A DNA stretch of 64,000 bases, from assembly GCA_964035575.1 (NCBI GenBank), contig OZ037844.1:1178001-1242000 (forward strand), written 5' to 3'. Below, piece by piece: positions 1 through 13,368 of the stretch. A program made the position numbers and the translations under genes. A model generated the notes under the pieces. It did no database searches. It saw only the letters and a program-made list of their open reading frames with translations, and was not told the origin of the DNA. How positions within the stretch are numbered: the stretch's first letter is position 1; each line of letters begins with the position of its first letter. This DNA comes from Rhynchopus sp. YZ270_cl-10 (Eukaryota).

Positions 1-1240
1 GCAAAGGTGAACTCCCTACATCGTGGCTGCAGAGCAACATCGTGCCCATCGCTAAGAACGGGAAGGACGCCAGCATCCCCGCGTCGTACCGCCCCATCTC
101 TCTTACGAGCAACGTCTGCAAACTCTTGGAGAAGATGGTCAAGTGCCGCATCACCCAGATGCAAGACAGTCCGGACCTGCCGCAGTACAGGGGCCCACAC
201 CGCACACAAGCAGGTTTCCGCCGTCGTCTCTCCACGATAGACCAGCTCGCGGCGCTCATGCAGCGGGTGAATGCGGGGAAGAACCGCCCCACCATCGCAC
301 TCTTCTTCGACGTAGAAAAGGCGTTCGACACTGTGTCTCGCAAGCGCATACTCCAGGCGCTGAAGCACAAGCAGCACCTGCCACCACGCTACCTCAACTG
401 GATTGAAGCCTTCACCAGTGACCGCTCCGCCTGTGTTTCAGTGGATGGAGCAAAGAGTGCGCAGTACGTGATGAGAGCTGGAGTACCGCAGGGTACAGTA
501 CTGTCACCCCTCCTTTTCCTCGCTGCTATGGACGAAGTTGCGGAAGCGCTCGACGACCTCAGTGCAACATATCCCACATTCTTCGCCGACGACATGGCAG
601 TCACCGTGCAAGGGGAAACATTAGGGGAAGTGCAAGAATTGGCGCAAGCGGTCATCAACCGTGTCACAGCGGCGATGGAGCCACTCGGAATGCGCCTCTC
701 CAGCACAAAGACCGTCTTCACCTTCTTCGGCACAAGAAACGTCCTCAACAAGTACCCGTTAGCGGCCGACACAGAACTTTGGCTGAGGAACGGTATTCGG
801 GTGCCCTACTCCGCCACACCCAAATACCTGGGATTGACGCTGGATCCGTCCTTGACGATGGAGGCACACACCACCGCAGTCATCACCAGGGTGCAAAAAA
901 GGCTCGGTCTGATGAAGATGTTGTCTGGAACCACGTGGGGAGCTAACACACACACCCTCCGCACCACCTATCTCAAGGCTACCAATCCGACTTGAACCGA
1001 CCCGGCCGGTTGGGTATGGTTTTGGGTAGGGTGGCGGGTCGGTTTGGGTCGGTTTGGGTCGGTTTGGGTCGGTTTTTGGGTCGGTTTGGGTCGGTTTCAG
1101 ACCCAATTTTTTTTTTTTCGACAACTACTTTTTGGGCCAAAAAAAAAAAAAAATTTTTTTTTTTTCCGGCCTGAGATTGGGTCCTGGGGCACCGAAAAAT
1201 GCAAAAAAAGGCAAAATTTTGATGTTTTGACGATCTGGGG

Positions 1241-1648
1241 CAGTGCTACCAACGCGACAAGAGATTCTAGTCGCGCGACAAAGTGCCACTTGTCGCGCTG
1301 TCGCGCCCAAAAAAAATTTTTTTTTTCGACATCACAAAAATTTTCACCAAAAAAAAAAAAATTTTTTTTTTTTGGGTGTGGGCGATTTTGGAAAAAAAAA
1401 TCCAAAAAAAAAAATCCAGAAAAAACCATCGCAGACGGTACAGTAGCGACGTAAGCAAAAGCCATCATTTTTTGACCAAAATTTTGCTAAGTACCCGGAA
1501 AAAACGCGATTTTTCCTAACAAAAAAAAAAAAAAAAGTGTCTCAAAATGGAAAAAAAATTTTTTCGATTTTTGCGACAACTCATTTTGTCGCGCTGTCGC
1601 GGGTGGTTTGTCGCGTGTCGCGCGCGACTTGTCGCGTTGGTAGCACTG
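1241..1648 (+). mobile_element. 408-bp MITE, CAGTGCTACC family, nested
   Basis: TIR CAGTGCTACCAACGCGACAAG. TSD TCTGGGG at 1234-1240 and 1649-1655. Confidence 0.92.
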
Positions 1649-2044
1649 TCTGGGGTTATACCATATGCACTGCTACAGGGGCCCACAATTTGGACTTTTC
1701 CTTAGCAAATTCCTTCACAAAAATTTTTTTTTTCGATTTTGGCAAAGGCAAATCTCAGGCAAAAAAAATTCACCCCTGATAGTGGGTCCTTGGGTGTCCA
1801 AAGATGCAAAAAACACCAAAATTTTGATGTTTTGACCATCTAGAATTTATTCCACGGCCATTTTGTGTGTATACTGTACGTTCAGTATGGCCAGCGCCTT
1901 AGCAAAAAATCAAAAAATCACAAAAAAAAAATTTTTTTTTTCGGGAAAATTTTGACCACTGAGGTGGGTCTTTGGGCACCAAAAAACGCAAAAAAATGCA
2001 AAAATCGGGTGTTTTGACCATCTGTGGTTACACAAAACACACTT

Positions 2045-2098
2045 CAAGGCTCTGATGAGGCCTCCCGGCCGGGAGGCCTGGGCCTCATCAGAGCCTTG
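2045..2098. mobile_element. 54-bp termini-only mini-MITE, CAAGGCTCTGATGAGG family
   Basis: Near-palindrome of the two TIRs. TSD CACACTT at 2038-2044 and 2099-2105. Empty site in the reverse-complement homolog at ~14355-14380. Confidence 0.9.
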
Positions 2099-3632
2099 CA
2101 CACTTCTGTGTACAAGCCTACACCAATACAGTGGTTATACAAGGCGATTTTTGACCAAAAAAAAAATTTTTTTTTCGACCAAAATCGGGCGTGGTACCCC
2201 ATAAAATGACCCAAAAAATCCAATGAAAACCTTCGATTGGGCAAATCATGAAAAAAATTTTTAAGTCAAATTTTCAACCAAAATACGGTCATTTGTTCAC
2301 ACCCTGATTCTACGTCATGCTAGCTTCCTGTGCAGAACTCCAGCAATTCACCAATGCCGGCATCTATCTTTCCATCATCACCATTGGACTTCGTGTGTTA
2401 CCAACGTACTCCAGAAATGACGTGCTGTCACACTCCAACCAGAGTATCAAACCCGTACGAACATAACGAAGATGCACGAGCCCACCCAAACGCAGAGGGT
2501 CTCGCCGAAGGCGGACCAGCTAGCCCAAGCCGGACGAGCGTGCCTCATAAAGCCCACCAGCTCCAGTCTGACGGGGAACTTCCAGCCTCTCAGCCCAGAG
2601 GAAGAACCTGGCCACCGGAGGGCCCTAACGGCCCGACGAGTAGGCGCCCCATAGGGCGCTGGGGCCAAGGGACTTAAGTCGCCCTAACGGCGACTTAAAC
2701 GGAACGAGGCCACAGCGACCGTGGAAGGGGCTAGCTTTCGATGGCGAAAATTTCGCTAAGTACCCGAAAAATCCCTAAGGAAAAAGTTGGAAAAAAAGTG
2801 TCTCAAAATTGACATCTATTTTTTGACCTTTTTTGCTGGGTAGGTTTGGGTCGGCCGACCCGACCCTACTGAGTCGGTTTAAGTCGGATTGGTAGCCTTG
2901 CCTATCTCACATACGTACTTCCCCTGATCCGCTATGCTCTTGGCATATACGGTCCACAGCTGTCAACACACCTGATGGACAAGCTGGAGGCCGAACACAA
3001 CGCCGCGGCGCGTATCATCACCGGATGTCCTTTGCCTACGTCTCGCGCCAAATTGCTGTGGGAGGCACGCCTGACCCCGATAGTGGACCTGATGCGATTG
3101 GACGCCGTAACTGCGTTCGAGTTGTTTCGGCGTCACACCGACACGCCAGGGAAAGCGGCCTGCGGCTACACCTCCGCCTCCCTCACGCTCAACAACTGGC
3201 TCTCCGCCGCCCAGCGACTCTCCTCCGAGGCACACAAGGAGTTCCGCAGACCTGGGGTGCATATGGCAGATATGCAGCGTCACCTGCCTGTAGACCCGTG
3301 GTATTGGAGTGACGTACTGCCCCGCCTAAGTATCACCGCCACGATACCTGGGATACGCCGCTCCGACCCTGAGCCAGATGACGAAAAATTCCTGCTCCTC
3401 ACAGAGGAGGCCCTCCAACGCCTTCCCCCCTGCGAATGGCACGCCTACACCGACGGCTCTGTCCAGGGCAAAAGCGGGGGTGCTGGGGTAGTGCTGTACA
3501 AGCTCCCCGAGATGCGAGAACCCAACTGCTCCTTCTCCTACGGGGCCGGCACCGGCGCAAGCAGCTTTCAAGCCGAAATGATCGCCATAGGCCACTCCAT
3601 TGACCTTCTCTTTGACAAAGCAACCCCTGGGG

Positions 3633-4040
3633 CAGTGCTACCAACGCGACAAGAGATTCTAGTCGCGCGACAAAGTGCCACTTGTCGCGCTGTCGCGCCC
3701 AAAAAAAATTTTTTTTTTCGACATCACAAAAATTTTCACCAAAAAAAAATTTTTTTTTTTTTTTTGGGTGTGGGCGATTTTGGAAAAAAAAATCCAAAAA
3801 AAAAAATCCAGAAAAAACCATCGCAGACGGTACAGTAGCGACGTAAGCAAAAGCCATCATTTTTTGACCAAAATTTTGCTAAGTACCCGGAAAAAACGCG
3901 ATTTTTCCTAACAAAAAAAAAAAAAAAAGTGTCTCAAAATGGAAAAAAAAAATTTTCGATTTTTGCGACAACTCATTTTGTCGCGCTGTCGCGGGTGGTT
4001 TGTCGCGAGTCGCGCGCGACTTGTCGCGTTGGTAGCACTG
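3633..4040 (+). mobile_element. 408-bp MITE, CAGTGCTACC family, in LINE RNase H
   Basis: Same TIR and body as 1241-1648. TSD CCTGGGG at 3626-3632 and 4041-4047. Empty site at ~29070-29085. Confidence 0.93.
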
Positions 4041-5045
4041 CCTGGGGCCACCTGCGCCATCCTCACAGACTCGCAATCGTCCCTGCGTGCGCTAGAGAGC
4101 GGTCCCAAGAAGGCCAGAGAGGACTTCGAACACAAACTCTGGAAAGGACTACACCGGCTTGCCGGCAACAACATAAACCTAATACTGCACTACGTCCCCT
4201 CGCATGTGCAGGTCCTGGGCAATGATGCTGCTGACGCTGCGGCCGCAGAAGGCACCAAGATGGTGCAGAGCCCTGGCCTGTCCTTCTCTGCCGCCAGATC
4301 ATGTGCGAGACGTCACCTGGCGAACACCCCTTCCGTCGAGCAGCCCGGCACGAACACGGTGTACGCCAGGAAGGCCGGAGCGGACGTAGCGGTGCTGCAA
4401 CCTCCCGTCCACTGCACGGACCTCACCCGCAGGGGGGAAACCACCATCCGCAGCCTCCGAGCTGGCAGCAACCAGCTAACGTTCGACTTCCGCACCTCGT
4501 CGAACACTGCCACATGCCTGCGATGCGACAAGCCCTGCACCCTGAAGCACCTGTTCTTCTCCTGCCGACAAACGTGTAGCGAAAGCCTCCCGGACCTCCA
4601 TACCCTCCTCATGCGAGAGCCGGCGACCGCCCTGAAGTACCTCGTCAGCGAGAGTTTCCTGCCTGGCCCGCTTGAGGAGTACCTCCGTAACGGTAGTTAG
4701 TCGTGACTGAGTTGTTGTTGATTAATATTATTATGTTCTGTGTTTAATCTTGTGTCATAGGCTGCAGTACGACTTACGTCGCGCTGCTAGCCCCTGACAA
4801 CAAGCGTGTTATTCATGTCCCCCTATTTACAACGGGTATTTTGTTGCTTTTCTGCTGTCTTTCCCCACATGTTACCCAATCAAAAGCCTTTCGTTCGCTC
4901 GTTCAGCGTTCCCCCTACCCATTTTTCCACATCTCTACCACACTTCTCACACCGTAGAAATCCCTGATGCATAATTCTCTCTCGCTATTGAAGCCCCAGG
5001 TCCCTCCGCACTCGAAGTACGCCCAGAGAGGCGTACTCCACATTT

Positions 5046-6930
5046 GAGTTGACGGTCTTGAAAACACTTCGCTGGCTGGTGTGTCAACCGGTATGTGTAT
5101 GGTTTGCACGTAACGCTCTACGTATACGATACACACAACGCTATGCATAAGCGATACACGGTTCGTGTGCAGCGTAACGCATGCAACGCAACGCAACCGA
5201 TGTGTACGTAGCGATCTGTACGAAAGCATGCTACGGGTTTAACTCCATCGCGTTAACGCAACACCTGCGCCGCTGTGACACTTCGCTGGCTCGTGTGGTT
5301 GTGATAACGGAACGGTCTACACGTGCGTTACACACATTGTCTCTATGTATATGCGATACACGCGTTAACCGTATCGTGTGGCTACCAAACGCAGCCCACC
5401 TACGGTGGGCTGCTGCAACTCGTGCCGTGTGTGGCCCATGCATGGTTCTCACAGCTCGCTGGCACGTTTCCCAAGCCGCAAACCCGGTTACCTGCCTGAA
5501 AAACCGGGTTTTTGGCCAAAACGCCTGTTTTGCCTGTAGAACCCTGTAGAAGCCTTAAGAAACACGTCTATAAAAGGGGTACTCGTGACACCCTGGTGTC
5601 AGGGTCTCTAACGACTCCCAGCTCAAACTGAGTTATACACGCCCCAAAAAGTGCCCGATCTTTCCAAAGAAACAGTTTTTTGAGCTGGGCGAAGCTTCTA
5701 CACCCTGAAAAAAAAACCGGTTTTTGGTCGGATCCAGCAGGGGGGGGGGGAGACTGGGGGGGGGTTACTGCTAGGTCGGTGGGTGGCCGGAACAGCAACC
5801 TTTAAAAACTAGAAAACACAAGTGTTTTCTAGAATTTGAGTTGACGGTCTTGAAAACACTTCGCTGGCTGGTGTGTCAAACGGTATGTGTCTGGTTTGCA
5901 CGTTACGCTCTACGTATACGATACACACAACGCTATGCATAAGCGATACACGTTTCGTGTGCGGCGTAACGCATGCAACGAACGCAACGCAACCCATACG
6001 TAGCGATCTGTATGCAACGAACGCAACGCATGCAACGCAACGCAACCGATGCATACGTTACGATCTGTATGCAACGAACGCAACGCAACCGATGCATACG
6101 TAGCGATCTGTATGCAACGAACGCAACGCTTCCAACGCAACGCAACCGATGCATACGTTACGATCTGTATGCAACGAACGCAACGCATGCAACGAACGCA
6201 ACGCAACCGATGCATACGTAGCGATCTGTATGCAACGAACGCAACGCATGCAACGCAACGCAACCGATGCATACGTTACGAGCGGTCTGTACGAAAGCAT
6301 GCTACGGGTTTAACGCCATCGCGTTAACGCAACACCTGCGCCGCTGTGACACTTCGCTGGCTCGTGTGGTTGTGATAACGGAACGGTCTACACGTGCGTT
6401 ACACACAACGGTCTTCGTATACGATACACACAACGCTATGCATGTGCGATACACGCGTTAACCGCATCGTGTGGTTACCAAACGCAGCCCACCTACGGTG
6501 GGCTGCTGCAACTCGTGCCGTGTGTGGCCCATGCATGGTTCTCACAGCTCGCTGGCACGTTTCCCAAGCCGCAAACCCGGTTAGCTGCCTGAAAAACCGG
6601 GTTTTTGGCCAAAACGCCTGTTTTGCCTGTAGAACCCTGTAGAAGCCTTAAGAAACACGTGTATAAAAGGGGTACTCGTGACACCCTGGTGTCAGGGTCT
6701 CTGACGACTCCCAGCTCAAACTGAGTTATACACGCCCCAAAAAGTGCCCGATCTTTCCAAAGAAACAGTTTTTTGAGCTGGGCGAAGCTTCTACACCCTG
6801 AAAAAAAAACCGGTTTTTGGTCGGATCCAGCAGGGGGGGGGGGAGACTGGGGGGGGGTTACTGCTAGGTCGGTGGGTGGCCGGAACAGCAACCTTTAAAA
6901 ACTAGAAAACACAAGTGTTTTCTAGAATTT
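5046..6930 (+). mobile_element. Head-to-tail doublet of Helentron/Helitron2-like non-autonomous elements (5046-5837, 5838-6930)
   Basis: Units start (TTT)GAGTTGACGGTC and end CTAGAAAACAC-AA-GTGTTTTCTAG-AATTT (hairpin). Inserted in a TTTT run (empty site ~28070-28080) with no distinct TSD. Internal CAACG-rich minisatellite. Confidence 0.75.
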
Positions 6931-8801
6931 TACCCAGCGGACGCTTCTTTATGCACCTAGTTATCCCCTTTTTATGCCGCCACTCCCTAAACTCTCTGTA
7001 CCACAGCACAATGTATTTACCGCTCTTTTGGAGGTCAACAGTCGTTAAACACAAGTAGATTAGGAGCATCTGACTGTACATTAATCAATTAAAGCAAACT
7101 ATACATGTGCGGACGGAGGTGTACCACACATCTACCCTACGAATGCTCTTCCCGTGCCCCAATTCCCCCCTATTTAATACTGCCAACACACCCTTCCCCC
7201 TTTACACAATACGCACGTGCCGGTGAAGCTGCTTAGGGGTCTACCCGGCCACCTTGCATTTTCCACCGATTACGCTGCCTGTCAAAACAACAACACAATC
7301 TTGAGGGTCACCAGCGACTACCGCGCTGCAGTTACCCCATTGTTCCCCTTCAAAGGGTAGTGACCCACACTTTTACTTTAACTGCTCACACCTTATCCTC
7401 TTTTGAAACTTTTAAAATGCAAAATGTAACCTTTTCTGTCGCAACCAAACACCTCGAGGGGAGGCGCCAGTGTCTACCGCGCTCTGGTAACCTCCTCTTT
7501 TTCATTTATGATTTATTTTTCTTTTACGGCAGCAATTACTGTTAGGTGAAAGGGTGCGTAGCGACACCCCCGATGCGAGCTACCAACACAACCATCAAAA
7601 CCCCCCTTATGACTAAACATGCAAGCACATGCACGCACAAACACTACATGTGCCCAAAGAGGCGTGCGGCGCGTCTTACCATACGGACGTTCTTCCCGCC
7701 CACCAAAATCCCAAATTCCCCAACTCCCCTATTTAATACCCCCACCTCACCCTTCCCCCTTTACACAATACACACGTGCCGGTGAAGCTGCGTAGGAGTC
7801 TACTAGGCCACCTTGCATGCTCCACCAGGTACGCTACTAGCGAAAACAACAGCACACTCTTATGGGACACTATGTCAACCGCAGTAGCCCCAAACTTCCC
7901 CCCCACGGGTAGTGACACACACTTCTACAATTTGTAACAAAACAAAACTTTAATAACTCAAATTTTAATTTTTAAAAAAAAAAATGTTTTATTTTAAAAT
8001 ATTTTTTTTCGCAATTGCAAACTGAAACAACCTGTCGCTATCAACACCTTGCGGGGAGGCGCCAGTGGGTACCGCGCCCCTGTAACCTCCCACCTTTTTA
8101 TTTTCGGCAGCAGTCACTGTAAAGTAGACGGGTGCGTAGCGACACCCCCGATGCGAGCCACCTGTACTACCATTTAACCCCCCTTATCCCCATATGCAAG
8201 TAAGATACGTTACGCAATGTGGGAACGTACTACTCGTGCCCTACTCACTAGTTTATTTTTCTGCCACGACAACCCCCAGACTCAGCCCCTGCCCGTGGCC
8301 CGATGTAGTACCCTAAGCACACCCGATTGCGGCACAGGCAAATGCGACGACAAGGGGAGGAGGGGTGGGGAGAGCGATGGGTACCTGAAGTGGAAGTTGC
8401 GCCTCTGCTGGGTGTCCGAGTCTCATAGGTAATAACACGAGCCACATGCCCCAAAAGAACGCCACCAACACCCCAACAAGGGCAAATCGTGTACGCCGCC
8501 ACAACACAAACCTACCTAAGAGATCAGGGCTCCTGGTGGGGGTTTGCGACTGCCACAGATGCCTGCCTCTCACTCTGCCCGCCCCCTCGCCCCTAAAGAC
8601 ACACAAACACACCAGTCACTGCATTTTGTTGATGTTAAAATCGATTGCGCCCTGGGTGCTATCTTGGGATATGAAAGGGGGAAAGCGTGTGATGGGGGCG
8701 AGCTGTGTGTACCCTATTTGCTGCCTTACGTTTCACTTTCCACACCGCCCCATATAAATACACACTAGTTATACTTACACAATGCATATTCCCTTTTATT
8801 T

Positions 8802-10723
8802 GAGTTGACGGTCTTGAAAACACTTCGCTGGCTGGTGTGTCAACCGGTATGTGTATGGTTTGCACGTAACGCTCTACGTATACGATACACACAACGCTAT
8901 GCATAAGCGATACACGGTTCGTGTGCAGCGTAACGCATGCAACGCAACGCAACCGATGTGTACGTAGCGATCTGTACGAAAGCATGCTACGGGTTTAACT
9001 CCATCGCGTTAACGCAACACCTGCGCCGCTGTGACACTTCGCTGGCTCGTGTGGTTGTGATAACGGAACGGTCTACACGTGCGTTACACACAATGGTCTT
9101 CGTATACGATACACACAACGCTATGTATATGCGATACACGCGTTAACCGTATCGTGTGGCTACCAAACGCAGCCCACCTACGGTGGGCTGCTGCAACTCG
9201 TGCCGTGTGTGGCCCATGCATGGTTCTCACAGCTCGCTGGCACGTTTCCCAAGCCGCAAACCCGGTTACCTGTCTGAAAAACCGGGTTTTTGGCCAAAAC
9301 GCCTGTTTTGCCTGTAGAACCCTGTAGAACCCTTAAGAAACACGTGTATAAAAGGGGTACTCGTGACACCCTGGTGTCAGGGTCTCTAAGGGCCCAGCCT
9401 CGCTGAGCCTATACACCCCCCAAAAAGTGTCCGATCTTTCCAAAGAAAACGTTTTTTCGGCTGGGCGAAGCTTCTACACCCTTAAAAAAAAAACCGGTTT
9501 TTGGTCGGATACAGCAGGGGGGAGGGGGAGACTGAAGGGGGGGGTTAGAGACTGAGGGAGTGGCCGGAACAGCAACCTTTAAAAACTAGAAAACACAAGT
9601 GTTTTCTAGAATTTAGTTTTTTTTGGCAATCCTTAACACTCCTGGCTGGTGTGGTTGATAAACGCAACCGAACACCACGAAACGGATCCGCTCTATACGT
9701 TACGATCCGTATGCAACCAAAGCATGCAACGCAACGCAACCGATGCGTACGTTACGATCTGTATGCAACGCACGCAACGCAACCGATGTGTACGTAACGA
9801 TCTGTATGCAACGAACGCAACGCAACCGATGTGTACGTAGCGATCTGTATGCAACGAACGCAACGCATACAACGCAACGCAACCGATGTGTACGTAGCGA
9901 TCTGTATGCAACGAACGCAACGCATGCAACGCAACGCAACCGATGCGTACGTTACGATCTGTATGCAACGCACGCAACGCAAACGATGTGTACGTTACGA
10001 TCTGTATGCAACGAACGCAACGCATACAACGCAACGCAACCGATGTGTACGTTACGATCTGTATGCAACGAACGCAACGCATGCAACGCAACGCAACCGA
10101 TGCGTACGTTACGATCTGTATGCAACGCACGCAACGCAACCGATGTGTACGTTACGATCTGTATGCAACGAACGCAACGCATGCAACGCAACGCAACCGA
10201 TGAGTACGTTACGATCTGTCTGCAACGAACGCAACGCATGCAACACAACGTAACCGATGCATACGTTACGATCTGTATGCAACGAACGCAACGCAACCAA
10301 CGCAACGAGTGGTTACAAACCCCCACGCATGGTTCTCACAGCGCGCTGGCACGTTTCCCAAGCCGCAAACCCGGTTACCCGCCTGAAAAACCGGGTTTCT
10401 GGCCAAAACGCCTGTTTTGCCTGTAGAACCCTGTAGAAGCCTTAAGAAACACGTGTATAAAAGGGGTACTCGTGACACCCTGGTGTCAGGGTCTCTAAGG
10501 GCTCCCAGCCTCGCTGAGCCTATACACGCCCCAAAAAGTGTCCGATCTTTCCAAAGAAAACGTTTTTTCGGCTGGGCGAAGCTTCTACACCCTCAAAAAA
10601 AAACCGGTTTTTGGTCGTATCCAGCAGGGGGGAGGGGGAGACTGAAGGGGGGGTTAGAGACTGAGGGAGTGGCCGGAACAGCAACCTTTAAAAACTAGAA
10701 AACACAAGTGTTTTCTAGAATTT
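8802..10723 (+). mobile_element. Second Helentron-like doublet (8802-9614; 9615-10723 with a variant 5' end)
   Basis: Same 3' hairpin plus AATTT. Inserted in a T-run of the LINE 3'UTR (empty site ~26185-26210). Expanded minisatellite at ~9700-10310. Confidence 0.75.
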
Positions 10724-11042
10724 TTTTTTTTTTGAGTGACTTTTAAGCGTATACCTTTGGCTAAGCACGCCACGACACCGCTTACATTACTGCGCGCACC
10801 ACTCCATTTGTATTTTCCAGTTTTAGGGGAGGTATCCTCGCGTACGAGTTGTTTGACTCCAAAGTGATTCCCCGGCCTCTCAAGCAAGCAGGAGACCAAC
10901 GTCAGGGGAGGTGTAATGAGATACCCTGGGCCGTGCCCACCTTTTGTGTTCTGTTCATTTTGTTTGAGTGGTGCGCCCACCTTGCTTTTTGTTCATTGTG
11001 TACAAACCTATCGCAATAAAAAGACCACTAAAGGCCAAAGAG

Positions 11043-11080
<38 letters not shown>

Positions 11081-11082
<2 letters not shown>

Positions 11083-11539
11083 GCTACGTACGCATCGGTT
11101 GCGTTGCGTTGCATGCGTTGCGTTCGTTGCATACAGATCGCTACGTACGCATCGGTTGCGTTGCGTTGCATGCGTTGCGTTCGTTGCATACAGATCGCTA
11201 CGTACACATCGGTTGCGTTGCGTTGCATGCGTTGCGTTCGTTGCATACAGATCGCTACGTACACATCGGTTGCGTTGCGTTGTATGCGTTGCGTTCGTTG
11301 CGTTGCGTTCGTTGCGTTGTGTTCGTTGCATACAGATCGTATCGTACACATCGGTTGCGCTGCGTTGCATGCGTTGCGTTCGTTGCATACAGATCGCTAC
11401 GTACACATCGGTTGCGTTGCGTTGTATGCGTTGCGTTCGTTGCATACAGATCGTATCGTATACGTAGAGCGTTGCGTGCAAACCATACACAGACCGTTTG
11501 ACACACCAGCCAGCGAAGTGTTTTCAAGACCGTCAACTC
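11081..11539 (-). mobile_element. 5' part of an inverted Helentron-like element into which LINE copy 1 inserted
   Basis: Reverse complement of the GAGTTGACGGTC start and minisatellite, beginning immediately after the LINE poly(A). Confidence 0.7.
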
Positions 11540-11759
11540 AAATTTAGTTTTTTTTGGCAATCCTTAACACTCACTGGCTGGTGTGGTTGATGCAAGGCTC
11601 TAAGTCGACAGTGTCGGCCCCTGTCGGCCGACTGTCGGCCGACTGTCGAAAAGTCGAAAAAAAAAAAATTTTTTTTTTGGTGACCCTGCGTGAAATTTTT
11701 TTTTTTTTTTTTGTTAGGAAAAAAAAAATTTTTTTTTTGTGATGTCGAAAAAAAAATTT

Positions 11760-13368
11760 GAGTTGACGGTCTTGAAAACACTTCGCTGGCTGGTGTGTCA
11801 AACGGTATGTGTATGGTTTGCACGTTACGCTCTACGTATACGATACACACAACGCTATGCGCGATATACGGTTCGTGTGCGGCGTAACGCATGCAACGAA
11901 CGCAACGCAACCGATGTGTGCGTAGCGATCTGTACGAAAGCATGCTACGGGTTTAACGCCATCGCGTTAACGCAACACCTGCGCCGCTGTGACACTTCGC
12001 TGGCTCGTGTGGTTGTGATAACGCCACGGTCTACACGTGCGTTACACACAACGGTCTTCGTATACGATACACACAACGCTATGCATATGCGTTGCACGCG
12101 TTAACCGCAACGGGTGGTTACCAAACGCAGCCCACCTTCGGTGGGCTGCTACAACTCGTGCCGTGTGTGGCCCATGCATGGTTCTCACAGCTCGCTGGCA
12201 CGTTTCCCAAGCCTCAAACCCGGTTACCTGCCTGAAAAACCGGGTTTTTGGCCAAAACGCCTGTTTTGCCTGTAGAACCCTGTAGAAGCCTTAAGAAACA
12301 CGTGTAAAAAAGGGGTACTCGTGACACCCTGGTGTCAGGGTCTCTAAGGGGCTACAGCTTCGCTGAGCCTCTACACCCCCCAAAAAGTGTCCGATCTTTC
12401 CAAAGAAAACGTTTTTTCGGCTGGGCGAAGCTTCTACACCCTCAAAAAAAAACCGGTTTTTGGTCGGATCCAGCAGGGGGGGTTAGAGGGGACTGAAGGG
12501 TGGCCGGAACAGCAACCTTTAAAAACTAGAAAACACAAGTGTTTTCTAGAATTTGAGTTGACGGTCTTGAAAACACTTCGCTGGCTGGTGTGTCAACCGG
12601 TATGTGTATGGTTTGCACGTAACGCTCTACGTATACGATACACACAACGCTATGCATAAGCGATACACGGTTCGTGTGCAGCGTAACGCATGCAACGCAA
12701 CGCAACCGATGTGTACGTAGCGATCTGTACGAAAGCATGCTACGGGTTTAACTCCATCGCGTTAACGCAACACCTGCGCCGCTGTGACACTTCGCTGGCT
12801 CGTGTGGTTGTGATAACGGAACGGTCTACACGTGCGTTACACACAATGGTCTTCGTATACGATACACACAACGCTATGTATATGCGATACACGCGTTAAC
12901 CGTATCGTGTGGCTACCAAACGCAGCCCACCTACGGTGGGCTGCTGCAACTCGTGCCGTGTGTGGCCCATGCATGGTTCTCACAGCTCGCTGGCACGTTT
13001 CCCAAGCCGCAAACCCGGTTACCTGCCTGAAAAACCGGGTTTTTGGCCAAAACGCCTGTTTTGCCTGTAGAACCCTGCAGTACCCTTAAGAAACACGTGT
13101 ATAAAAGGGGTACTCGTGACACCCTGGTGTCAGGGTCTCTAACGACTCCCAGCTCAAACTGAGTTATACACGCCCCAAAAAGTGCCCGATCTTTCCAAAG
13201 AAACAGTTTTTTGAGCTGGGCGAAGCTTCTACACCCTGAAAAAAAAACCGGTTTTTGGTCGGATCCAGCAGGGGGGGGGGGAGACTGGGGGGGGGTTACT
13301 GCTAGGTCGGTGGGTGGCCGGAACAGCAACCTTTAAAAACTAGAAAACACAAGTGTTTTCTAGAATTT
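11760..13368 (+). mobile_element. Third Helentron-like doublet (11760-12554, 12555-13368)
   Basis: Same termini and hairpin, joined by AATTT|GAGTTG. Confidence 0.75.

Larger units (their letters stand above)
974..2900. mobile_element. Non-autonomous TIR element, P-like (7-bp TSD)
   Basis: TIR CAAGGCTACCAATCCGACTT...AAGTCGGATTGGTAGCCTTG. TSD CCTATCT at 967-973 and 2901-2907. Empty site in the intact LINE (~29790-29810). Subterminal GGGTCGGTTT repeats. Confidence 0.9.
1..4700 (+). pseudogene. Interrupted ORF2 (RT-RNaseH-zinc finger) of LINE copy 1
   Basis: ORFs 42-995, 2975-3838 and 3939-4700 are pieces of the 1787-aa ORF at 28419-33782, split by insertions at 974-2900 and 3633-4040. Confidence 0.93.
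1..11080 (+). mobile_element. Non-LTR retrotransposon copy 1 (Ingi/I-group-like; RT-RNaseH-CCHC, long 3'UTR, polyA); 5' part outside window; disrupted by insertions
   Basis: Segments 1-973, 2908-3632, 4048-5045, 6931-8801 and ~10731-11080 are near-identical to the reverse complement of 25856-~30770. Poly(A) at ~11043-11080. RT motifs FFDVEKAFD, GVPQGTVLSP, FFADD. Confidence 0.95.

Noticed and set aside
1676..2306. Additional nested CAGGG...CCCTG element
   Set aside because: No matching TSD at either candidate right end (1778 or 2306).
5809..13329. Many ORFs with MQRNATD/RCVRC repeats and K/F-rich ORFs in MITEs
   Set aside because: Translations of minisatellites and A/T tracts with no domain signal.
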